Source: an uncultured bacterium
GTDB lineage: Bacteria > CSSED10-310 > CAZUFC01
Direction of reading: 5' to 3'
DNA: 64,000 nt
NCBI GenBank assembly: GCA_964619725.1
Contig: CAZUFC010000001.1
Span: 128,001 to 192,000, forward strand
The notes beneath the pieces were generated by a model, which had not been told where the DNA came from, made no database searches, and worked only from the letters and a program-made list of their open reading frames with translations. Positions 1 to 9,444 of the stretch are shown in pieces (position 1 is the first letter of the stretch; each line of letters begins with the position of its first letter). The position numbers and the translations under genes were made by a program.

Positions 1-1
1 T

Positions 2-517
2 TATCTGTTGGAAATCGCCGCTTTCGATCGTAACGGAGAATCCAGCGACTTATGGCCGTATATCGTTATTCACCGCCCTCAAACACCCCCTCCAGATCAG
101 ACGCCGACAAATACCCCGCCCGTTCAGATCACCTCTACTCCCACGCCCGACGCCACCGGTCTGCCGAGCCTCAGCGATTGCATTGCCGCCGCTCCGCTGT
201 CTCACGATTTCGGATTGATCTGGGTCGGAGAAGCTGGTCCCGTCGAAACCATTACGACCATATCAAATAACTGCGGTTACGCCGTTCGATTAAGCATATC
301 AGTTGACGGGGAACCTCATTTCGAGCTGGTCGATCCTGCGGAATGCCTTGATGAGTGCCTACTGGAACCGGGCGCTGACCCCATGACGGTCCGCATGCGT
401 TTTACTCCGCAGGAATGCGGTGCAATTTCCGGAACGCTCTATCTGAACTTTAAGGCTCAAGGGCAGGACAATTACGTTATTACCCTTCAATTGACGGGTA
501 TCGGTCGCTGTGTATAA
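2..517 (+). CDS. C-terminal part of a probable secreted protein: Pro/Thr linker followed by an Ig-like (ASH/choice-of-anchor D-like) domain; 5'-partial
   Basis: Frame is open from the window edge; linker PQTPPPDQTPTNTPP; ends with RFTP...G.L...LQLTGIG, typical of ASH/PapD-like domains. Confidence 0.6.
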   Translation, partial: YLLEIAAFDRNGESSDLWPYIVIHRPQTPPPDQTPTNTPPVQITSTPTPDATGLPSLSDCIAAAPLSHDFGLIWVGEAGPVETITTISNNCGYAVRLSISVDGEPHFELVDPAECLDECLLEPGADPMTVRMRFTPQECGAISGTLYLNFKAQGQDNYVITLQLTGIGRCV

Positions 518-589
518 ATACCTTTCGCTTTTTTCAAAAGTAAAAAATTCTTTTCTTGACTCACTGATTCGTTTATGATTATTTTGACC

Positions 590-616
590 TCCCGTTCAGC
601 GTTTGATTGAACGGGA
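590..616. other. Perfect 9-bp inverted repeat upstream of the ATP-grasp gene
   Basis: TCCCGTTCA-GCGTTTGAT-TGAACGGGA; no U-tract; follows a TTGACT hexamer at 556. Confidence 0.5.
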
Positions 617-725
617 TGCAGGGACATACCAGTTTTGTTTATGCAGATAAGGCAAAATTAATTTTCAGCCGGCAATTAAATTTCAGAGTTTATAAAAATG
701 AGGCTTATCAGAAAGGAACAGTAAA

Positions 726-2102
726 ATGAGTTTATTGGCAGACGTCAACAGAGATTATGGGATAATATTGGAACAGACGGACCCGGTTTCCCAGATGAAG
801 AAGTTTGAATCGCAGATGGCGGAAAAGAAGATGTTCATGGAAGGAAAGCTGTTTCCTTCTTTTTTGAAACCTTATTTTGTTGAAAAAAAGGACAGACCTT
901 TATTTGATCGCGTGACTAAAGGACTGATTTCTTCATTGAACAAAATCGGTGATGCTTATTTCGATGAAGGACGGTTCAAGGAACAGATAAGATTATCCGG
1001 CAGAACTTTGGACCTGGCTTCGCTCAATTTCGGATATCCCGGCCATCAGATCATCAATAGACTGGACGTATTTTATATTCCGGAAACGCAGGAACTGAAA
1101 TTGCTCGAATACAACTGCGGCGATCCCAGCGGCATGGGATGGCACGATCAGATGCTGGACATGTTCCTGGGCATGCCGGCGATAGCGAAACTGGGCGAGA
1201 TGTATGATTTTGAAACCGATCATCTGGTAAAGTCTCATTTCCGGATATTCTTCAGAAAATACCGGCAATGGTGCAACAATAAAGGGATCAAACCCCAGGA
1301 AAAACCCAATATAGCTTTCGTTTGCAAACGCGATTCCACGGTCCTGGGTGATTTCCTGGCTTTCGTCGATTTTTACAACGAGATGGGCTATAACACGCAA
1401 TTCGGCGATCCCAGAGATTTTCAATACGACGGAAAGAAACTCTCATTAAAAGGCCATGCCATACAATTAATTTACAGGGATGCAATCGACGACATCATAC
1501 TCGATCCCTACTGGGACGACAGCCAACAACTCGTCCAGGCCCTGCGCGACAACGCGGTATGTTTCATTAACCCCGTCAGCGCGGCAACCGGCGATTTCAA
1601 AGCAGTCCTGGAGATTCTGACCGATCCTCAGTATGACGAAATGTTTACCGATGAAGAAATTGAAATTCATCGCAATAACATTCCCTGGACCAGAACCCTC
1701 GCTGACGTAAAAACGAAATACGACGAAAAGGAAATAGACCTGGTTTCTTTCGTTCGGGATAACAAGGACAACCTGGTACTGAAGCCGAGCGACGGATACG
1801 GCGGTTTCGGCGTGCTGGTCGGTAAAACTGCAGGGAATGAGGAATGGAACGATCTGATAGACAAATCGCTGACTGAGGACATAATCTATACGGTGCAGGA
1901 ATTCGCCAATATTCCGCAAGAGGACTTTCCCGTTATAGAAGATGGCGAATTTAAAGGCTTTTCGCCTAAAAACGTCAACATCAATTTCTGGTCTCATGAC
2001 GGCGAATTCGCCGGGGCTTTCGTCAGGGCAGCCGAAGGCAGCGTTATTAACGTACACCAAGGCGGAGGAATGGTTCCGGTTTTCTTCGTTTCCAAAAAAT
2101 AA
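726..2102 (+). CDS. Circularly permuted ATP-grasp / glutathionylspermidine-synthase-like ligase
   Basis: Motifs RLD, LEYN, LIYR, IPWT, LVLKP.DGYGG.GV.VG, VQE and terminal NVHQGGG; RBS AAGGA. Confidence 0.8.
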   Translation: MSLLADVNRDYGIILEQTDPVSQMKKFESQMAEKKMFMEGKLFPSFLKPYFVEKKDRPLFDRVTKGLISSLNKIGDAYFDEGRFKEQIRLSGRTLDLASLNFGYPGHQIINRLDVFYIPETQELKLLEYNCGDPSGMGWHDQMLDMFLGMPAIAKLGEMYDFETDHLVKSHFRIFFRKYRQWCNNKGIKPQEKPNIAFVCKRDSTVLGDFLAFVDFYNEMGYNTQFGDPRDFQYDGKKLSLKGHAIQLIYRDAIDDIILDPYWDDSQQLVQALRDNAVCFINPVSAATGDFKAVLEILTDPQYDEMFTDEEIEIHRNNIPWTRTLADVKTKYDEKEIDLVSFVRDNKDNLVLKPSDGYGGFGVLVGKTAGNEEWNDLIDKSLTEDIIYTVQEFANIPQEDFPVIEDGEFKGFSPKNVNINFWSHDGEFAGAFVRAAEGSVINVHQGGGMVPVFFVSKK

Positions 2103-2272
2103 CCGGTTTAAACCGCAGTTACACTTCTTTCAAAACTTTTGACAGCCTGTTTCAGTCATCAGGGTCAGGATCGATATCGAAACAAAATGATGGGAAATTC
2201 CCTCGAATTGTAACCTCAACCTCAAAAGACCCTTTTTTGATCAATTCCGATTTTATGGACAGGCGCTGCGCT

Positions 2273-2545
2273 CTATTTCTTTTCCTGGCACGGGCGCACT
2301 TCGCAGGGTTCTTCTTTTCCGCAGCAGGGCGAATTACGGGTGCAGGAGTTGTCGAACGTGTGATTGCTGTGATGATCCACCGAATAAAAACCCGATCCTT
2401 TGAAAATAATGCCGCTGCCTGTCCCGATCAGACGTTTGACGTGTTCTCCGCATTGAGGGCACGTCTCCAGCGGTTTTTCCGTAATATATTGCCATTTTTC
2501 GAATTGATGTCCGCAGCTTTCGCATTTGTACTCATAAGTAGGCAT
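2273..2545 (-). CDS. FmdB family zinc-ribbon protein
   Basis: [12 protein letters not shown]...CPQCG...IFKGSGFY; Cys-rich tail; RBS GGAGGTG. Confidence 0.9.
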   Translation of the reverse strand: MPTYEYKCESCGHQFEKWQYITEKPLETCPQCGEHVKRLIGTGSGIIFKGSGFYSVDHHSNHTFDNSCTRNSPCCGKEEPCEVRPCQEKK

Positions 2546-2650
2546 AACGATTCACCTCCAAAAAGCCGAAAGGATTATACTCCTTGTTTGAAAAATTACA
2601 AGTTTAAGTTTTTCGGCGCTGAAGGGCAGCGTCTGCAGGCATAAAACCAC

Positions 2651-2668
2651 CTGTGATTTTTTTCACGA
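2651..2668. promoter_or_regulatory. Rex-like (or CRP/FNR-family) operator upstream of rnf
   Basis: CTGTGATTTTTTTCACGA compared with Rex consensus TTGTGAANNNNTTCACAA; TGTGA-N6-TCACG. Confidence 0.5.
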
Positions 2669-2673
2669 CTCAC

Positions 2674-2703
2674 TTGACTTAACTGAATTTTATATGTTAG
2701 TTT
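2674..2703 (+). promoter_or_regulatory. Putative sigma-70 promoter of the rnf operon
   Basis: TTGACT-N18-TAGTTT with TGn extended -10. Confidence 0.4.
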
Positions 2704-2787
2704 CCGTTTGATTTACGCTGATTAGGGGATGCAGAGAGATTTGAAATTGAGTTACACAGGCAGAAGAAAATGAAATAGGAGGTGAGA

Positions 2788-4140
2788 ATGATACGAGTCA
2801 AAATTCATGGAGGGAAAGGTTATACGCTGAGTGAGCCGGCGCCGGAAGAAGCGATTCAGAAAATGCCTTTGCCTTCCGAAGTGCAAATTCCCATCTCTTT
2901 TGGAGCATCCGAAGAACATCAGCCTCTGGTACTGGCCGTCGGGGATCAGGTTAAGACAGGAAGCATATTGTATCACCATAAGGAAGAATTGTGTGCTCCG
3001 GTCCTTTCTTCCGTTACGGGCGAGATTACGAGAATAGAGGATTTTCGATATCCTGAGTATGGTCGTATGTTGTCGTTAACCATAAGCAGAGCTGGTGAAG
3101 AGGAGTATGACGAAAGGTTGTCGAGTTTGAGCGATTATAAGAATGCGGAACCTGAAAAAATCGTGCGTCATATGATGGATATGGGAATTGAGTTGGGAGC
3201 TTGTATGGACAGAGCGCCGTCATCGGTCGTAAGGCCGGAGGAGGAAGCTGAAAAAGGTGCGGACGCACTTGATGTACCCTCCTTGACATCTTTAATCGTT
3301 AATGGTTGCGATCTGCAGGCCAACCGCAATATCAGGAAGCGGCTGTTGCTGGAACGGAAGGATTTATCAGAGGGAATAGAGGTTTTAAAGCGAATTTTCG
3401 GAAGCGAAGACGTTATTTTGACGTTACCGGCGGGAGCGAACGACGTCAAAGAAGCGGTACGGACGAACGGACTCCCCGATGAAGTAAAAATTATTGAGAT
3501 TAAAAACGTTTATCCTTATGCTCATCCCAAACTGCTCATAAAGGCGGCATTGGGAAAGGAAGCGGACGATTACGGTCTTTCAGTCGGCGCCGGCGTGATC
3601 GACGTAGAGACGGCGCTTGCGACGCTGGAAGCGGTAAGGGACGGCAAACCGGCTGTTGAGCAGTATATAACGGTTTCCGGTGACGGCGTAGGCAAACCTG
3701 CGAACCTGGCCGTGCGCCGCGGTACGAGGTTAAAAGAAATTCTTGAGTTTTGCGAGTATGCCGACGGCAGGAAAAGTAAAATAGTATTCGGCGGACCCAT
3801 GAAAGGCGTTTCTCAGTACAACATTGAGACTCCTGTGACTGAAGGAACACAGGCCATATGGATACAGGATGAGAAGAAGGTTTTTCATTCTTCGTATGAG
3901 CCGTGTTTTTCGTGCGGGGAATGCGTTTACGTATGTCCAATGCGGCTTATGCCGAATATGCTGGGGCGTTTTTGCGAATTCGATCAATTCGAATGGGCGG
4001 AAAGCGCGTATGATCTGACGGCGTGCATTGAATGCGGGTGTTGCGCTCACGTCTGTCCTGCCAGGCGACCGATGGTACATTTTTTCAAACTTGGTAAACG
4101 TGAATTGGCCCGATTAGCGGAAAAGAGTATGTCATTATGA
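2788..4140 (+). CDS. rnfC: Rnf complex subunit C-like protein (divergent)
   Basis: N-terminal sandwich-barrel domain (VGDQVKTG...SSVTG), SLBB region GGPMKG, two 4Fe-4S motifs (CFSCGECVYVCP, CIECGCCAHVCP); RBS AGGAGG before ATG 2788. Confidence 0.9.
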   Translation: MIRVKIHGGKGYTLSEPAPEEAIQKMPLPSEVQIPISFGASEEHQPLVLAVGDQVKTGSILYHHKEELCAPVLSSVTGEITRIEDFRYPEYGRMLSLTISRAGEEEYDERLSSLSDYKNAEPEKIVRHMMDMGIELGACMDRAPSSVVRPEEEAEKGADALDVPSLTSLIVNGCDLQANRNIRKRLLLERKDLSEGIEVLKRIFGSEDVILTLPAGANDVKEAVRTNGLPDEVKIIEIKNVYPYAHPKLLIKAALGKEADDYGLSVGAGVIDVETALATLEAVRDGKPAVEQYITVSGDGVGKPANLAVRRGTRLKEILEFCEYADGRKSKIVFGGPMKGVSQYNIETPVTEGTQAIWIQDEKKVFHSSYEPCFSCGECVYVCPMRLMPNMLGRFCEFDQFEWAESAYDLTACIECGCCAHVCPARRPMVHFFKLGKRELARLAEKSMSL

Positions 4141-5132
4141 ATACAGCAAACGAAACAAAAAGCGCACAAGGCGCCTTGACGCAAGGCGAACCCCGGAGGG
4201 TCGTTTCATTCGGACCCCACGTATGGGTAAAAAAACACGTCGACAGGATGTTGCTTTTTACGCTTCTGGCATTGATCCCGACGTTGTTTTTTTCATTCTA
4301 TTATTACAGGCTGGGAGCATTAAAAGTCATTCTGATTGCAGTAGTAACGGCCGTCGTTTTGGAAACGGCAGTGCAAAAGCTGATGCGCCGCCCCGTTAAG
4401 CTCAAGAATGGGCAATTGATCACCACCGCGCTGATATTCGCTTTTTTGCTGCCGGCTACGACTCCGTGGTGGGTTGTTCTGATCGGCTCTGCGGTTATGG
4501 TGATAGCAGGCCGGATGTTGTTCGGCGGATTTCCTTATTATGTCTTCAATCCTGCATTAGCGGGATGGGCTATGGTAAGGCTTTCCTGGGGAGATTATTT
4601 GAAGGAATTTCCTGCTCCGTTTTCTCTGGACATTTCAGAGACGCCGATGCAGATATTAGGAGAATACGGCGTAGACGGGCTGATGGGATTCGACGTAACC
4701 AATATGGCTTTGTTAAAGGGAGCGTTTCCCGCTGCACTGGGTACTATCGCCATTCCGGCGATCATCGCAGGGGGGATTTTCCTGATCGTTACGCGCACGA
4801 TCAAGTGGAAAATAACGGCATCTTTTTTGGCGTCCGTATTTATTTTCGCCTGGATACTGAAAGCGGCGAATCCTGACGTTCAACCCGGTCCCGTGTTTCA
4901 CCTGTTGACCGGAAGCGTAATGCTGGCGGCGTTTTTCATCGTAACGGACCCCTGCTCGACTCCCGTAACGCTGTGGGGGCAAATTTTATTTGGTATTCTA
5001 TGCGGAGCGATAACTATGGTGATAAGGAACTGGGGAGCGTATGCGGACGGAACGATATTCGCCGTATTGATAGTCAATATGACGACTCCGCTTTTAGACA
5101 GAATTAAACGAAAAACGTTTGGAAGGAGGTAA
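4137..5132 (+). CDS. rnfD: Rnf complex subunit D
   Basis: Polytopic; LFGG...FNPALAG, AFFIVTDP..TP, DG..FAVL..N..TPLLD; candidate FMN-Thr in ISETP. Confidence 0.95.
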   Translation: MNTANETKSAQGALTQGEPRRVVSFGPHVWVKKHVDRMLLFTLLALIPTLFFSFYYYRLGALKVILIAVVTAVVLETAVQKLMRRPVKLKNGQLITTALIFAFLLPATTPWWVVLIGSAVMVIAGRMLFGGFPYYVFNPALAGWAMVRLSWGDYLKEFPAPFSLDISETPMQILGEYGVDGLMGFDVTNMALLKGAFPAALGTIAIPAIIAGGIFLIVTRTIKWKITASFLASVFIFAWILKAANPDVQPGPVFHLLTGSVMLAAFFIVTDPCSTPVTLWGQILFGILCGAITMVIRNWGAYADGTIFAVLIVNMTTPLLDRIKRKTFGRR

Positions 5133-5137
5133 CTGCG

Positions 5138-5731
5138 GTGCCTGATACAGTACGAATGGTTCTTGTGTTGACTTTGATTTGCGCTGCATCTGCATTGGCC
5201 TTAAGCGCTGTAAAGCAGGTTACGGAAGATAAAATCGCTTATCAGGAATTGAAGTTCGTCAAGGGACCGGCTGTCCGCGCTGTTCTGGAAGGCGCTGATA
5301 ATGATCCTATCCAGGACCGCGCCGATAACCTCACATTGACGAGCGCCTCCGGAGAAACAGTTAATAAAACCGTATTTCCTGCGAAAAAAAACGGAAAGGT
5401 CTCGATGGTGGCATTTGAGGTATCAAAGAGCGGTTATCATGGAGACGTTACCATTATGTTGGGTATAGATGTGGAAACGGATAAATTAAGCGGCGTTCGC
5501 GTGACCGGACATACGGAAACTCCTGGATTGGGAGCCCGAATAACGGAGCCGGATTTTTATGAGCAGTTTGCGGGATTGAGCAAGGCCGAGGCGTCGTTGT
5601 CTTCGGAAGGCGGCGATGTGGATGCGGTAACAGGGGCGACTATTTCCTCGGTCGCGGTAACCGGAGGAGTGAAGTATGGTCTTGAGCTTTACCTGGAAAA
5701 CAAGGAAACTATTTTAAATAAAACATCGTAA
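5138..5731 (+). CDS. rnfG: Rnf complex subunit G
   Basis: N-terminal TM helix, GYHG, HTETPGLG, FMN motif DAVTGATISS. Confidence 0.95.
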   Translation: MPDTVRMVLVLTLICAASALALSAVKQVTEDKIAYQELKFVKGPAVRAVLEGADNDPIQDRADNLTLTSASGETVNKTVFPAKKNGKVSMVAFEVSKSGYHGDVTIMLGIDVETDKLSGVRVTGHTETPGLGARITEPDFYEQFAGLSKAEASLSSEGGDVDAVTGATISSVAVTGGVKYGLELYLENKETILNKTS

Positions 5732-5741
5732 GGAGCTGCCG

Positions 5742-6335
5742 ATGGCATCAACGCTGACGAAGGATTTTACAAAAGGATTATGGAAAGAGGTGCCGCCTTT
5801 TCGGCTGGTGTTGGGTCTGTGTCCTGTTCTGGCTGTGACGACTGCGGCGTTTAACGGCCTGGGCATGGGTCTGGCGACCACTTTCGTGCTGACCTGTTCA
5901 AACACTATCATTTCTATTTTAAGAAAGCTTATTCCCCGAAAGGTCAGGATCGCTTCTTACATCGTTGTGATCGCCACCTTCGTGGTCATCACCGAACTGG
6001 TCATGCACGCTTATACCTATAAACTGTATGAAGCCCTGGGAATATTCATCCCGCTTATCGTGGTCAATTGCATTATCCTGGGCAGGGCCGAAGCCTTCGC
6101 AAGCAAAAAACCGGTCATCAATTCCATTGCCGACGGACTCGGAATAGGACTCGGTTTCACGGCTTCGCTTACTCTCCTGGGCGCCATTAGAGAAATAACA
6201 GGAAACGGAACCCTGTTCGGCGCTTCCCTCTTCGGACCGGACTTTGAACCTTTCACCTTCATGGTCCAGGCCCCGGGCGCCTTCGTCTGCCTGGGAGCAG
6301 TCCTCGGACTCATGAACATGATAAGCAAAGATTAA
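5742..6335 (+). CDS. rnfE: Rnf complex subunit E
   Basis: LGLCPVLAVT, IPLIVVNCIILGRAE, PGAF. Confidence 0.97.
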   Translation: MASTLTKDFTKGLWKEVPPFRLVLGLCPVLAVTTAAFNGLGMGLATTFVLTCSNTIISILRKLIPRKVRIASYIVVIATFVVITELVMHAYTYKLYEALGIFIPLIVVNCIILGRAEAFASKKPVINSIADGLGIGLGFTASLTLLGAIREITGNGTLFGASLFGPDFEPFTFMVQAPGAFVCLGAVLGLMNMISKD

Positions 6336-6385
6336 ATCTGCGAAAGCATTAGTCTTATGAACCATACCAAGGGAGAATAAAATAA

Positions 6386-6979
6386 ATGGAACACTCCTCC
6401 TCACTTCAGGATTATATGATATTACTGTTGAGCGCCATGTTGATTAAAAACGTCCTGCTGGCCAAGTTTCTGGGGCATTGTCCTTTTCTGGGGGTTTCCC
6501 GGAGAATGGAAACGGCTGTGGGAATGAGCATGGCCGTCGTTTTCGTTATGACGATGGCAGGCATGATAACCTGGGTTGTCCGGCGTTTTTTACTGGAACC
6601 TTTCGACCTGACATACATGCAGACCATCGCTTTCATTCTCGTTATCGCTTCACTCGTGCAATTCGTGGAATTGTTTCTTCAAAAAACAATCCCGGCGCTT
6701 TATAAAGCCCTCGGCATCTTTCTGCCGTTGATTACCACAAACTGTGCTGTGCTCGGCGTGGCTCTCCTCAACATTAACGAAAATCACGACTTTATTAAAA
6801 CCGTCGTTTTTTCAATCGCCTCCGCCATTGGATATGGCTTGGCTCTGATACTGTTTGCGGGATTACGGGAAAAATTTGAGGTCAGCGATATACCGAAGCC
6901 TTTCAGGGGGACGGCCATCGGCCTGATTACCGCCGGAATGATGTCTATGGCTTTTATGGGATTCGCCGGACTTGTGTGA
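6386..6979 (+). CDS. rnfA: Rnf complex subunit A
   Basis: FLGHCPFLGVS, LPLITTNCAVLG, AGLRE. Confidence 0.97.
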   Translation: MEHSSSLQDYMILLLSAMLIKNVLLAKFLGHCPFLGVSRRMETAVGMSMAVVFVMTMAGMITWVVRRFLLEPFDLTYMQTIAFILVIASLVQFVELFLQKTIPALYKALGIFLPLITTNCAVLGVALLNINENHDFIKTVVFSIASAIGYGLALILFAGLREKFEVSDIPKPFRGTAIGLITAGMMSMAFMGFAGLV

Positions 6980-7084
6980 TGTGATATAATCAATTTTGAC
7001 GGGCAGAAGAAATCGTTCATTCTGCTCTGACTAGAGATAAAAAATGAGAAAAAAAGAGAATCGTTCACAAGGAGGGACCTTTTA

Positions 7085-9223
7085 ATGGGTTGGGCAATTT
7101 TAGTTCTTGCCGGTCTTGGGTTGGCTGCGGCTGCAGTTCTGGCGGCGGCATCCAAGATATTTTATGTTTATGTCGACCCTAAAATAGAAGCGGTAGAAGA
7201 TGCCCTGGCGGGCGCCAATTGCGGCGGATGCGGAGCGCCCGGATGTTCCGCCGCTGCTGAAATGATCGTGGCGGGCAAGTTGCCGGTGACGGCATGCGTG
7301 GCCGGCGGTGAAGAAGTTGCTGAAGAAGTGGCTGCTGTAATGGGCGTCGAAATGGAATTCAAGGAACCGGAAATTTCCGAATGCGGTTGCCGCGGCGGAG
7401 TTTTACAGGCTGACAGGATATACGAGTATTCGGGAGTAAAGGATTGCAGGGCGGTCGACATGCTGGCTGAAGGAGACAGCATATGCACGACTTCATGCCT
7501 GGGTTACGGAACATGCGTCCGGGCCTGTCCTTTCGATGCCATGACTCAGGGCGAAGACCTTCTGCCTAAAATAGATTTTACTCGCTGTGTGGGTTGCGGC
7601 GTGTGCGAGGAAATTTGTCCTCATGATGCGGTCAAACTGGTTTCGGAGTCCAGGAAGCTTCTGCACTGGCTGGAGAAGGACGAATGTTCGGCGCCCTGTC
7701 AAACGAAGTGTCCCGCACAGATAGACATACCCAGTTATATCTTTCATATTCGGAATAAACGTTATGCGGATGCCCTTGACGTTATTCGCGAGCATAACCC
7801 GCTGCCCATAACATGCGGTTATGTGTGTCCGCATCCCTGCGAAGAGGTCTGTCGCCGATTGAATGTGGACGAACCGGTAGCGATTAACGATCTGAAGCGG
7901 TTTGTCGCTGACTATGAGCTTGACGACAAAGGAAAGTCCATGGCGGGAAGGTTGTCCGTTCTTCCTGACACAGGCAAAAAGGTAGCAATAATGGGCGGCG
8001 GACCCGCCGGGTTGTCGGCGGCTTATTTTTTGAGACGGTTAGGCCATTCGCCCACTATCTTTGAGCGTATGCCGAAATTAGGCGGAGCCCTCGAATACGG
8101 CATACCGGAATACAGATTGCCTAAAGCTCGCCTGGCCAAGGAAATTCAGGGAATTTTGGACCTGGGCGTCGAAACGCGTCTGCAAACGGAATTAGGCAAG
8201 GATGTAACTATGGAATCGCTCAAAGAAGAAGGTTTCGACGTTTTTCTCCTGGCGGGAGGCACTCCGACCGGATTCTACAGCGGAACGGAGGGCGAAGACC
8301 TGGAAGGTATTCTCCTGGGCATTGATTTCCTTCGCGATTATGCTCTGGGAAAAGACGTGCCGCTGGGCGAAAGAGTGCTGGTAGTCGGCGGCGGCAACGT
8401 GGCTGTTGATGTCTCGTTGACGGTTAAAAGACTGGGCATTCCCATCGTTTATCAGGCCAGCCTGGAAGACAGGTGGACCATGCCGGCATGGGAACATGAG
8501 ATTCAGGACGTCCTCGTCCAGGGCGTCAACCTTATTCCGACCTGGGGACTAAAGAGATTTATCGGCAAAAACGGCAAACTCACAGCCGTAGAAATGCAAA
8601 GATGCGAATGCGTGTTTGACGAAGAAGGCCGGTTTAATCCTCAGTATGACTGCGATCAGACTATGAACATCGCCATCGACAACGCCTTGATTACTATCGG
8701 ACAGGGAGTCGATACCGAATTCATGAAGTCGCATCCCATTTTGAAAAATGTCCTGGACAGTCGAGGAAAAGTTGATATCGATAGCGCCACCATGCAGACG
8801 AATGTCGATTACATTTTTGCTGCAGGCGAAATCGTAACCGGACCGGGGCTGGCGATTGAAGCCATTGGCGCCGGAAGAAAAGCAGCCGTCAATATTCACC
8901 GGTATCTCACCATGGAGCAACCCGGTAAAGTCGAACCTTTGCCGCGGCTGCTGGGTCAAATTCGTGATTATGCCGATGAGGAAGAACTGGCCGAAATTCC
9001 GAAGGAGGAAAGACAGAGAGAACGAAGATTACCCCCGGAAAAACGTCAGGGATTCGACGTCGTGAACCTCGGTTTCACGGAAGAACAGGCTTTGAAAGAA
9101 GCCGGCAGGTGTCTTCAGTGCGGGATGTATTGCTTCATTAATCCCCGCACGGGTCATGAGAAAGACGGCAAACAGAGCGAAGCGGAAGGAACTGCTCATA
9201 GAGAGCGCATGAGCAAAGTGTAA
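7085..9223 (+). CDS. rnfB: RnfB fused to a GltD/NfnB-like FAD-dependent NAD(P) oxidoreductase
   Basis: TM anchor, NCGGCGAPGC, ferredoxin motifs, then APCQTKCP, CGYVCPHPCEEVC, GGGPAGL, YGIPEYRLP, GGGNVAVD, terminal RCLQC. Confidence 0.9.
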   Translation: MGWAILVLAGLGLAAAAVLAAASKIFYVYVDPKIEAVEDALAGANCGGCGAPGCSAAAEMIVAGKLPVTACVAGGEEVAEEVAAVMGVEMEFKEPEISECGCRGGVLQADRIYEYSGVKDCRAVDMLAEGDSICTTSCLGYGTCVRACPFDAMTQGEDLLPKIDFTRCVGCGVCEEICPHDAVKLVSESRKLLHWLEKDECSAPCQTKCPAQIDIPSYIFHIRNKRYADALDVIREHNPLPITCGYVCPHPCEEVCRRLNVDEPVAINDLKRFVADYELDDKGKSMAGRLSVLPDTGKKVAIMGGGPAGLSAAYFLRRLGHSPTIFERMPKLGGALEYGIPEYRLPKARLAKEIQGILDLGVETRLQTELGKDVTMESLKEEGFDVFLLAGGTPTGFYSGTEGEDLEGILLGIDFLRDYALGKDVPLGERVLVVGGGNVAVDVSLTVKRLGIPIVYQASLEDRWTMPAWEHEIQDVLVQGVNLIPTWGLKRFIGKNGKLTAVEMQRCECVFDEEGRFNPQYDCDQTMNIAIDNALITIGQGVDTEFMKSHPILKNVLDSRGKVDIDSATMQTNVDYIFAAGEIVTGPGLAIEAIGAGRKAAVNIHRYLTMEQPGKVEPLPRLLGQIRDYADEEELAEIPKEERQRERRLPPEKRQGFDVVNLGFTEEQALKEAGRCLQCGMYCFINPRTGHEKDGKQSEAEGTAHRERMSKV

Positions 9224-9444
9224 TAAGCAAGGCTAATTTGATTTTTCAGCCGATGAAAGAAGGCGGTCAATGCGCTGTTGACCCATAACCGACCGCATTA
9301 CTTCGAAACGCTTGAGAAAATAGCGGGAAAGATAAGACCTGCCATACGCCGGCCCGAAATTTGCTTAACAAGTTGACCTGTCGGCGCGAGGGAAGAACCC
9401 GGCTGTCCGACAATGAAATTCACACCGGATCAGGGAGATTGATA

